64,000 nucleotides of DNA, taken from Octopus sinensis. Its lineage: Eukaryota. Both the position numbers and the translations under genes were made by a program. The first letter of the stretch is position 1. Each line of letters begins with the position of its first letter. The DNA lies in NCBI RefSeq assembly GCF_006345805.1, contig NC_042998.1:198338001-198402000 (forward strand), written 5' to 3'. Shown piece by piece: positions 11,621 to 20,879 of this stretch. The notes beneath the pieces were generated by a model that ran no database searches, had not been told where the DNA came from, and saw nothing but the letters and a program-made list of their open reading frames with translations.

Positions 11621-14152
11621 TCATTGGATTCTGGGGGGGCATTTAGTGATCGATTTTTTGAATATTTGCTTCAACGGTTTATGGTCATTTTCGATTCTGA
11701 AATGAGTTCCGTATATAAACTGATGAAATTTCTTGCATGCGAAAACTATACTGAGAGCTTCGCTCTCTATTGGACAGTAGTTTTGTTCCGCTTGAGTTGT
11801 TGCACGAGATGCAAACGAAACAGGTAGCCATCTTTCGTTGTGTTTCTGCTCAAGTATCGCTCCGAGCCCATGCTTACTAGCATCTGTAGTTATTTTTATT
11901 GGTAGATCTGGATCATAAAATTGTAGCACTGGTTTTCTGGTAATCATTTCTTTTAGCTTTTTTATTGCTTCGATTTGTGGTTTGTCGAATGACCATAACG
12001 TGTCACTCTGTAGAAGCTGGCGCAATGGTGCTGTGACTTCGGAGTAATTAGATAAAAGTTTACATAGGTAATTTGTCATACCTAGGAATCTTTGTAATTC
12101 TTTTTTACTTGTTGGCAGTGGCATGTGAATGATTGCTTGTACTTTGGTTGGATCTTGTTTTATCCCTTCGCTGGTTAATATATGCCCAAGGTACTTGATT
12201 TGTGATTCATAGAAGATACACTTTGATTTATTTAACTTTAATCCGTGCTTTCGGATTCGATCGAAAACTTGTTGTAGTCTATTTGTGTGTTCTTCTAAAG
12301 TGTTGGACCAGATTATGATGTCATCCTGTGAATTTCTTGCTCCTTCTATGCCCTCTATTATTTTTGAAATTTCTTTTTGGAAAACTTCACTGGCGCTGTG
12401 AATTCCAAAGGGTAGTCGTGTGAAGCGATACCTTCCAAAAGGTGTGTTGAACGTTAAAAGATGGGAGCTTTCTTCGTCAACTGGAATTTGCCAGTATCCA
12501 TTAGATGCATCGAGTTTTGAAAAATATTTAGGGTTATGCATTTGTGCAAAAATGTCCTCCGCTGTAGGGAGTTTGAAATGTTGCCTTTTTATGGCTTTGT
12601 TTAGATTCTTGGGGTCTAAACAGAGTCGGAGTTTTCCGTTGGCTTTTTCAACGATGACTAGGGAATTTACCCAGTCTGTAGGTTCACTAACAGGTTTTAT
12701 GATATCTAATTCTGTCATTCTTTTTAATTCTTTGTTGAGTTTTTCTTTTATAGAAAAAGGAACCGATCTTGGTGGATGAATTACAGGAGTTATTTGTGGA
12801 TCCACTGTGATATGATGTGTTATTGACAAAGTGCCGATTTCTCCGAAACAGTCTTCATATTTTTCTAATATGTCGTTTGTGCTCGACGAATTAATTTTTG
12901 AAATTCTCTGAATTAGGTTCAGATCTTTAGCTGTCTTTGCATCTATAACTGCGTGCGAGTTTGTTTTTGCAACAATGAATTTTATTTGCTTTGATAATTC
13001 TTTGTATTTAATGACTGCTGTGCATTTTCCTAGCACTTTTATAGCTGTGTTATTATAAGCAGATAATCGAGTTGAAGTTTTTTGCAGTTGTGGTTTTGGA
13101 ATTATATTTCTATATTCTCTGAATGGCAGTACGGTTACGTCTGCTCCTGTATCTATTTTGAATGTTACATTCGAGTTGTTCACTTTTAGTTCGACCGTCC
13201 AAATGTCTTTTGAAGTCTTGAACTTTTCGATTTTGTGCACGCGGGAATTATTTGCAGTGATCATTTCGAGTGCATGTGTATCGTCATCTGATTCATCGTC
13301 GGTATGTATCTCTACTTTATGTACAAATTTTCTTGATTTGCACATTTTTGCATAGTGTCCTTGTTTCTTGCATTTTTCACATGTCTTGTGAAATGCTGGG
13401 CATTTATTTCTTTTGTGATTATAACCACAATAGTGACAGTTAGTGACGTAGTGTTGACTTGGCGCTTGAAACTTCGCGGGCTTTCTGTCACTTCCGCCCT
13501 GTTCGTTTTGATGTCTGGATTGCATATGGCGGGTTATTTGAGTTTTGGCGCCTTTTCTGTCGTGTTGACTATATACCCTCGAGATTTCGTTATCTCTTGT
13601 TTCGGATGTGGCATTTAGCATCCTTGATTGGAGTCGTGTTTGCTCTGCACTCTGACCTGCTTGAATTGTTTTTTGTAGGTCTAAATTTGGTTCTCTCAAT
13701 AATCTTTCTCTTAATCTCATGTCTCTGATTCCACATATCAGAATATCTTTGGTGAGACTGTCTGTGAGGTTGCCGAATTCGCACTGTTGTGCCTTTTGGC
13801 GCAACTCTACTACATACTCATCGAATTTTTGATGTTCCGCTTGTCCACATGTGAAGAATTTGTGTCTTAGGAAAGTTATGTTTTTCCTGGGTTCACAATA
13901 TGCATCGAATTTTTCGATTACTGTCTGAAGGTTCATTTCTTCGTCGGGTGAATCGAAATCCAGTGTGGAATGGATATCTCGGCCTTTAGAACCGATGCAA
14001 GTTAAAAACATTGAAGTTTTTACTTTGTCTGGCTTCATGTCACTTTCTGTTGCTATCAAAAAGAGATTGAATTCTTTTTTCCACTTTTTCCATGCTGCGG
14101 CTAGATTTTCCTGATTAAAGTCTAGGTCTTTTGGATGCGGTAAATTTTCCAT
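11621..14152 (-). CDS. Gypsy Gag-protease-RT-RNase H polyprotein ending at a premature TGA (843 aa from ATG 14152)
   Basis: Zinc knuckles CHYCGYNHKRNKC and CEKCKKQGHYAKMC; protease FKIDTGAD; RT KLDASNGYWQ..PFG..SQDD; RNase H TDASKHGLG..ESE..NDHKPL. The ORF-track start at 14176 is a TTG. Confidence 0.93.
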   Translation of the reverse strand: MENLPHPKDLDFNQENLAAAWKKWKKEFNLFLIATESDMKPDKVKTSMFLTCIGSKGRDIHSTLDFDSPDEEMNLQTVIEKFDAYCEPRKNITFLRHKFFTCGQAEHQKFDEYVVELRQKAQQCEFGNLTDSLTKDILICGIRDMRLRERLLREPNLDLQKTIQAGQSAEQTRLQSRMLNATSETRDNEISRVYSQHDRKGAKTQITRHMQSRHQNEQGGSDRKPAKFQAPSQHYVTNCHYCGYNHKRNKCPAFHKTCEKCKKQGHYAKMCKSRKFVHKVEIHTDDESDDDTHALEMITANNSRVHKIEKFKTSKDIWTVELKVNNSNVTFKIDTGADVTVLPFREYRNIIPKPQLQKTSTRLSAYNNTAIKVLGKCTAVIKYKELSKQIKFIVAKTNSHAVIDAKTAKDLNLIQRISKINSSSTNDILEKYEDCFGEIGTLSITHHITVDPQITPVIHPPRSVPFSIKEKLNKELKRMTELDIIKPVSEPTDWVNSLVIVEKANGKLRLCLDPKNLNKAIKRQHFKLPTAEDIFAQMHNPKYFSKLDASNGYWQIPVDEESSHLLTFNTPFGRYRFTRLPFGIHSASEVFQKEISKIIEGIEGARNSQDDIIIWSNTLEEHTNRLQQVFDRIRKHGLKLNKSKCIFYESQIKYLGHILTSEGIKQDPTKVQAIIHMPLPTSKKELQRFLGMTNYLCKLLSNYSEVTAPLRQLLQSDTLWSFDKPQIEAIKKLKEMITRKPVLQFYDPDLPIKITTDASKHGLGAILEQKHNERWLPVSFASRATTQAEQNYCPIESEALSIVFACKKFHQFIYGTHFRIENDHKPLKQIFKKSITKCPPRIQ

Positions 14153-14219
14153 TTCGTCTTTGAAGTATGATTTCAACTTCTTTTTTCCTTTGGTTTCTGT
14201 ATTTTGGGTTCTTTTAGTA

Positions 14220-14230
14220 TTCTGACACCA
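14220..14230 (-). other. Primer binding site (tRNA-Leu-like)
   Basis: TGGTGTCAGAA directly after the 5' LTR; complementary to the ..TTCTGACACCA 3' end of metazoan tRNA-Leu(CAA) (tRNA assignment from recall). Confidence 0.75.
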
Positions 14231-14470
14231 TGTTGTTGTTATATATATATATATTGTATTGAGTATTAAAGGAAGTAGTGAGTACTTAGTATGAAAGATT
14301 AAGAAAATGAGAGAGACTGAAACAACGTGTTAACGATACAAGATACTTTATTCGACTGCCGTTGTTGTACAAGTTAATTGTTTTGGCGGGAAACAAAGTG
14401 AAAGTCCTTTTATCAAGGGAGACAATGGGCGACGTTGATTGTTCATGTTTGTTGTGATGATTATATAACA
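14231..14470 (-). repeat. 5' LTR of the Gypsy element
   Basis: 240 bp, identical to 9929-10168. Confidence 0.97.
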
Positions 14471-15554
14471 ATACCTACCTGCACACAGCTAGGTGGATGA
14501 TACTACCTGTAGTACTTACAGCCAGGTGGATTACACTATCTATTTACAGCTAAACGAACCACACTACCTGCATCACCTACATACGACTTAGATGATTGTA
14601 TTACTTTATTGGTACCTTTGACAATCAGAGGGACAACAGTACCTTCAGTTAACTATCTACAAGACAGTTGTTTAGAAATTGGCAATGACATAGATACATC
14701 GCAATGGGGGTAACAAGATATAATTTGAATAAATTCTCCACATTTTTTAATAATATACACTCTAAACTCTGCGTGAGCCTGTGATACCCAGAAAAAGCAA
14801 CCAAATCTTTCTCTAAATACGCTCCACTGTCTTAAAATGGAAGGACGCGTTGGGTAGTTAATTCGAGACATAGCTGAAATGACAGAGTGGTCAGTGTTGA
14901 AATCTCTTTGATCACATCAACACAGGAATTAAACAGCAACAATTTGTTGTATGTAGTGACTTGTCTCCTGTCCTAATTCCTGGTTTATTACCAATCAGAC
15001 TACCACCACTGTGTCTACCTTATATCAGACCATTCTTCACCCCCAACAATCACCTTTGAGACTTGACATATTTTTTAAAATATTTCGTTTTTGGATTTAG
15101 TTTGCAAGATTCTTTATATGAGTTCGTGTGTTGAAACATATTCTGTTGTGTCTGGGGAGAATGATTTTCTTTTTGCGCCTTATTATTTAACACACTCACC
15201 GGTAAAATTTCCACTTTTTTAAAATTTTTATTGTCCTAAAATTTTCGTTGCGTCTTGCAACCTTTTCAATAGTTTTACCGGTGAGTGTGTTACATAATAA
15301 GGCACAAAAAGAAAATGACTTTCCCCAGACGCAACAGAATATTAAAATATTATTTTTAATATGAGTTGTCTCCCCTACATCTTTTCTTTCCCTTCCAGCA
15401 CTAGATTAATTCGTTCCCATACATATACAAAGGTACTTCGCTATTATTCCAGATTTTAGTAGTAATTTCAGGAATCCACCCCGAAAAAAAAAAACTATGC
15501 TACACTTACTTCCCTTTATTTAATTCATTGGACATGATATCCAACAAGCTAATG

Positions 15555-15876
15555 AAACACTAGACTGGAAATTTCAACACCCACAAAGTTATCAACCACC
15601 TCACCAACAACAACACTGAACACCTTTTTGATCTCCATGTGTCTAACACACGTGGACATGCCTACAAAGTCAGAAAACAACACAGCTCCCATGACTTTCG
15701 GAAACATTTTTTCACGCTCAGAGTTGCTGAAGCATGGAATAAACTGCCTGTGTCAGTTGTTGACTGCCATGACACTGCATCTTTTAAGGCCCTCATGCTT
15801 TCCGAAATCCGCCGAAACTACACCTGATTATATATACACTTTAGATGAGTTGTAGTGCACCTGAGCACTGTACACA

Positions 15877-15908
<32 letters not shown>
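15555..15908 (+). mobile_element. CR1-like LINE 3' fragment with an (ATT)n tail
   Basis: [35 protein letters not shown] (ORF 15639-15827), then a TTA-repeat tail. Confidence 0.8.
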
Positions 15909-15909
<1 letters not shown>

Positions 15910-16503
15910 ACCACTCAGTAATACACAGGGCACATCTATGAGTAAACAATGTCCCACAAGTGATACGTGTATGGTCATCTACGGTAAATATGATGTTGCA
16001 CAGAGGTAACTGTGAGCTTATCTCTATAGTACATATAGTGCCCCACAACTAATACAGATAGGGTTCCATCTACAACACATATAGATGTTACACAGGCAAA
16101 TGCAAGAAAAAAAAAAAAAAAGGCAAGAGAGATTCTGCAAGATAGACGAACTGCTAGAAATACAAGCTGAATCTCCTTGAAAGTGCAGCCTACTGTCTTA
16201 AACACAAGATACAGTGAACACTGTAGTCCAAGATACACAATCATCAGTTATTCCATCTATGACCATCTCATCTGTACTCTAGTCATAATTATTCATTGCT
16301 TCTTTCTCTTTAGTACATGTCATCATCATCATTTTAATGTCTGCTTTTCCAGGAATCCACTGAAGCAATTTTTTTTAGGACCAGATGCCCTTTTTGTTGT
16401 TACCCCCACTTGTTTCCAAGCAAGAAAATACAGCTAGGTATGATTTAACAGGAAACAAACAGCATTTGTATGACAGTGACATTCACAACCATCACAAGTA
16501 AAT

Positions 16504-16905
16504 ATCATCATCGTTTAACATCCGCTTTCCATGCTAGCATGGGTTGGACGATTTGACTGAGGACTGGTGAACCAGATGGCTGCACCAGACTCCAATCTGA
16601 TCTGGCAGAGTTTCTACAGCTGGATGCCCTTCCTAACGCCAACCACTCCGAGAGTGTAATGAGTGCTTTTTACGTGCCACTGGCACGAGGGCCAGTCTGG
16701 TGGTACTGGCAATGGCCACACTTGAAAATGGTGTTTTTTACGTGCCACCTGCACAGGAGTCAGTCCAGCAGCACTGGCAACGACCTCGCTGACAACAATC
16801 ACACTCAAATGGTGCTCTTTACATCCCAGACAGCTGCTCTGGCAGTGATCCAGCTTGGATGGATCTATTAGCACTCCACTGGCATGGGTGCCAGTCATCG
16901 AATTT
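16504..16905 (-). mobile_element. SINE family C ((GAT)n tail) with internal VNTR units
   Basis: Core GGCGTTAGGAAGGGCATCCAGCTGTAGAAAC and tail CCAACCCATGCTAGCATGGAAAGCGGA.GTTAAACGATGATG. Other copies at about 21028-21335, 22735-22951, 35225-35610, 40199-40512, 42228-42438, 45200-45390, 49143-49450, 51203-51432, 51700-52000, 56195-56335, 56975-57222, 60210-60394, 60776-61198, 63466-63650. Confidence 0.8.
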
Positions 16906-17416
16906 GGTTCAATTTCGATTTCACTCGCCCCAACAGGTACACACATACATACACACACATATATACACATTTGCACAATAGGTTTCTTTCAATTTCCATA
17001 TGGAATTCACTGAGAAGGTTTTGATCAGCTGGAAGTTTAGTAGAAGATACCACACATGGGGGAGCTGAAACCAAATCCACATAGCTGGAAAGTAAAAGTA
17101 AAGATAGGACACTCATCCCTGGGAATATATTTCTGCTGCATCAGGGCTGACTTGAATTTAAACAACAACAATAAAACGATCAAAGCAAAATACAAATGTT
17201 TCTTCAAAAAGGCTTTATTATAAAAAATACAAATTTCAATGACAAAATAAATATGCAGAACAAGGATGAAATATTGAGGTAAAGACATTTCTTAATCATT
17301 CAAATGATACTTTATAAACAGTAAAAAAATTTTTTTTTTTCCTTACCATTACATTCACCACTTTGTGTGCATGTGCATATATCCACAATATATATTCACA
17401 CACATACATATATATA

Positions 17417-17725
17417 TCACTGTGACCGACCAGGCTATCAGATGTTGCTACACATCGCTGGTCACAATGCGCTTTGCATTGTTATAGCCTTCAAATGACG
17501 CCACCCCGCTGGCTAAGCGAGCAGGCCAACAGAAGAAAGAGTGAGAGAAAGTTGTGGCGAAAGAGTACAGCAGGGATCGCCGCCCCCCCCCCACCCCCTG
17601 CAGGAGCCACGTGGAGCTTTAGGTGTTTTCGCTCAATAAACACTCACAACACCTGGTCTGGGAATTGAAACCACGATCCTACGACCGCAAGTCCGCTGCC
17701 CTAACCACTGGGCCATTGCGCCTCC
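17417..17725 (-). mobile_element. tRNA-derived SINE family D (OR-type-like)
   Basis: Head GGAGGCGCAATGGCCCAGTGGTTAGGGCAGCGGAC..GGTTTCAATTCCC; other copies at 32452-32754, 34139-34441 and 58887-59168. Confidence 0.8.
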
Positions 17726-18334
17726 ACACACATATATATACATACACACACACACACATATATATATAAACACATACACACACACATATTTAGATATACA
17801 TCGTTGTCTTAAATGTCCACTTTTCTATGCTTGCATGGGTTGGAGTTTATTGAAGCAAATTTCCTACAACCAGATGTCCTTTCTGTTGCCAACCCTGACT
17901 TGTTTACAAGCAAGGTAATATTTTTCTTAGAATATTAGAAATGACACTGCTTGAACAACAGTGACACTCATTTACTGCAACCATGTGATGTCAAGACAAG
18001 AAGATTCAAACATGTACACACACATGTATGTATGTAGTGTGTGAATATATATTACCTTCAAAACGTGGAGTAGTCAAAACAGGGACAACTGAAGAAGGGG
18101 AATATTCCTTGTGTTGTATGTCTTGTACTCTGTTTTTTCGTTGTTTGAAAATAGTTTGTTTCCATGTTTTTGTTTTTGTTTTCATTTCTCATTGTGTTTA
18201 ACGTTTTTTTGGTGTCCTGTACCCATATATGCATGTATATATACATATGTACATATATCTATGTATATATGCATACGTTTATATATATTTTGTTATTATA
18301 TGATCGAACGCCACGCATCCACTTCCAAGTTTTA

Positions 18335-18391
<57 letters not shown>

Positions 18392-18420
18392 GAAGTATTG
18401 GAGGTGATGTACAGATTTAA

Positions 18421-18630
18421 TATATATGAAAGAAAAAAGATGTTCAAATGCTGGATGGTTGTAAAAATATATATTTATTTACATATCACATATTATTACT
18501 TCATATTAGCGCTTTCCTACAGGAGTAGTTGAAAACGCTAATATGAAGTAATAATATGTGATATATAAATAAATATATATTTTTACAACCATCCAGCATT
18601 CTGAACATCTTTTTTCTTTCATATATATAT
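18421..18630. repeat. About 95-bp-arm palindromic insert within (TA)n
   Basis: Left arm ATGAAAGAAAAAAGATGTTCA..CATATTAGCG is mirrored at 18533-18630 with about 3 differences; spacer about 15 nt. Confidence 0.8.
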
Positions 18631-18637
18631 ATATATA

Positions 18638-19354
18638 CAAGGAGATACCCAAAAGTAACTGGAAATGTTCTCTCAGGCTCCTACTGCTAGAAGACACTTG
18701 ATGCAACCCTTGGCAGCAGTCTGCTAACTGACAGCATCATGTGAAGTCATTCTACCATGTAGCACGTCTTTGTTTCGCAGTGCTTCTCCCCCATTTGTAG
18801 ATTTTTCCGAAGGCTGAAACAAAGAAACATTGTGTTTCCGTAAAATTGTTTCCTGCTGGGGCAAACAGCAGCCAAAACAGTTGTCATGCTTCAAACAGCT
18901 TACAAGGATGCTGCCAGGTGCAAAACACAATTTACAAGTGGTTTTCATGTTTTAGGAATGGTCATTTGTCATTTGAAGACCAACCTCATCCAGGGCAACC
19001 GTAAAGCCCCTGAATGAATGAAAACATCACAAAAATTCATGAACTGATCTTGGAGGACCACTGCCAAACAACTGATGAACTTGCTGATACGACTGTTGTG
19101 TATCCTGGAGTTCCTGTCAACGAATTTTGAATGAGGAATTCCGAATGAAAAGAGATGCAGCAAAATTTGTGCCTCACTCGCTCAAAGAAGATCAAAAGCA
19201 GTTACAATTGAATGTGTGTTGTGAACAGAAAGAACAGTTGGGAGTTGAACTTCCTCCCTGTGACTTTTTTTTTGTTACCCTGAATAAAATAAGTCCTTAA
19301 AGGAAAACGTTTTGCAGATGTGGAGGAGAAGAAAAAAGACGATGGAAGCCCTTG
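18638..19354 (+). mobile_element. Decayed, internally deleted Tc1/mariner transposon
   Basis: Translates across lesions to CFLLGQTAAKTVVMLQTAYKD..FEDQPHPGQP..ITKIHELILED..RMKRDAAKFVPHSL and PCDFF..KGKRFADVEE; TA on both flanks. Confidence 0.8.
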
Positions 19355-19579
19355 TATATACACACACACTCAACTGCGTTCTTTCAGTTTCTGTTTACCA
19401 AATCCACACACAAGACTTTGGTTAGCCTGGGAATTTAGTAGGAGACACTTGCCCAAAATGCTATGCAGAGGGACTGAACCCAGAACCATGTAGTTGGGAA
19501 AACATACACACATATATAACTATACTTTTATATAAACTATATATGCATATATTATATATGTCAAAATATTATATATATC

Positions 19580-19990
19580 AAAATGTGACCTCGTGTGTAC
19601 CGTTGGCGATTTTTTTTCTTCTGTCTTCCCTTCTCCTATGTTTCCGACGAAGAGCTCTGCTTGAAACGTTAACTTACTTCTTTCCTGAGCGTCCAATAAT
19701 ACTATATTTGTTCCACGTCCTCGTGTTGTGTTTTTTTGTGCTTTCTTGTTTGGATTAACTATATATATATGTGTATATACATGTATATATATATATAATA
19801 TATATATATATATATAACTAAACGTCCTCGTGTTGTTGTGTTTTCATGTATGGACTAATTATATATATATATATAACTAAACGAAATTGTGCTCAAGAAA
19901 GGAAAGGAAAGAAGGAGGATTTAACATTTCGAGCGGAGCTCTTCGTCAGAAACATAGGAAAAGGAAAGATCCGAGGAAGGGAAGGACATA
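19580..19990. mobile_element. Inverted pair of Penelope-like pLTR fragments, each with a minimal hammerhead motif
   Basis: Plus 19644-19670 CCGACGAAGAGCTCTGCTTGAAACGTT; minus 19923-19949 CTGACGAAGAGCTCCGCTCGAAATGTT; separated by (TA)n. Confidence 0.6.
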
Positions 19991-20601
19991 GAAATGAGCA
20001 TGTGTGTGTGTATGCAGAATACAGTTTGTCATATTTGCGGATAATTTGAGGTAATTTCCATTGAATTGTTGACTGGTGAATCAGAGGATAGAAAAGATGA
20101 ACAATTTGAATAATTTTTTCTTTAATTCTGGTCAATCTATTGTTGATTTTCTGTTGGATACCACCAAAGAGAGATGAAATGGGAGCTGACTGTAATGGTG
20201 TCACTGATTTTAATGATAACCCTTTCTACCATAATCACAAAGCCTGACATTTTGGCAGAGAGGACTTGTCGATTCTGTTGACTCCAATGTTTCACTGGTA
20301 CTTAATTTATTGACTCCGAAAGGATGAAAGGCAAAGTTGACCACGGTGGAATTTGAACTTAGAATGTAGAGATAGATATGAAATGCTGCTAAGCGTTTTG
20401 CCCAGAATGCTAACGATTCTGCCAGCTTGCTGCCTTACCAATTTTTATAATAATGAGATGGAATTTTAGCTATGTTCAACAGGGACAGGTGAAATACAAT
20501 GGAAAGAAGAATGAAGTTGATGAGAGGGGAAAAAACATGGAGAAAGATGGAGAAGATGAGAATTGTGAAAACAAATATGCTCTAGATGAAATCAATGAAA
20601 A

Positions 20602-20879
20602 TCATCTTCTCTTGGATCTAATTCTTCTACTTGGTGAGTTCTCAGGTGTGTTAGTCACTGATGGAATGGACTGGTATTTAAAATAGTTCCACAATTTTGC
20701 AAATTCTGAGGAATACTTTGTGACAACAGCATAGTCTCTGATGATGGTCAAGTGTTCGTGGTTGACTGTGATTGCATCGGAAGTCCAGTTGAATGAGCCG
20801 CTACACACGATTTTGTTGTCGATGATGACAAATTTGTGGTGCATGAGGTACTGTGTTTTATCGGTTCTGACAATTATAC
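20602..20879 (-). CDS. PLD6: PLD6/Zucchini (mitoPLD) exon 2
   Basis: Acceptor TTTTATTCCAG, phase 1; (G)IIVRTDKTQYLMHHKFVIIDNKIVCSGSFNWT..., a single HxKxxxxD plus GSxN motif; TGA at 20602-20604. Confidence 0.95.

Larger units (their letters stand above)
9929..14470 (-). mobile_element. Full-length young Ty3/Gypsy LTR retrotransposon (4,542 bp)
   Basis: Two identical 240-bp TG...CA LTRs; 5-bp TSD ATACC (9924-9928, 14471-14475); PBS; PPT; gag-PR-RT-RNaseH-IN order. Confidence 0.97.
9529..14638. mobile_element. Putative older solo LTR (about 560 bp) split by the Gypsy insertion (pieces 9529-9928 and 14476-14638)
   Basis: TGTT...AACA termini flanked by a 4-bp direct repeat GTAC (9525-9528, 14639-14642); AATAAA on the minus strand near 14606. 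Only one copy, so this is an inference. Confidence 0.35.

Noticed and set aside
10359-13784. Antisense and alternate-frame ORFs over the Gypsy element (and 36481-38818 over the RTE)
   Set aside because: They are short shadows of a long coding frame with no motifs; there is no evidence of an env or accessory gene.
1-20600. TE-dense gene-free block next to PLD6 as a piRNA cluster
   Set aside because: TE fragments lie on both strands with no orientation bias, and density is similar to the FNIP introns; this cannot be supported without small-RNA data.
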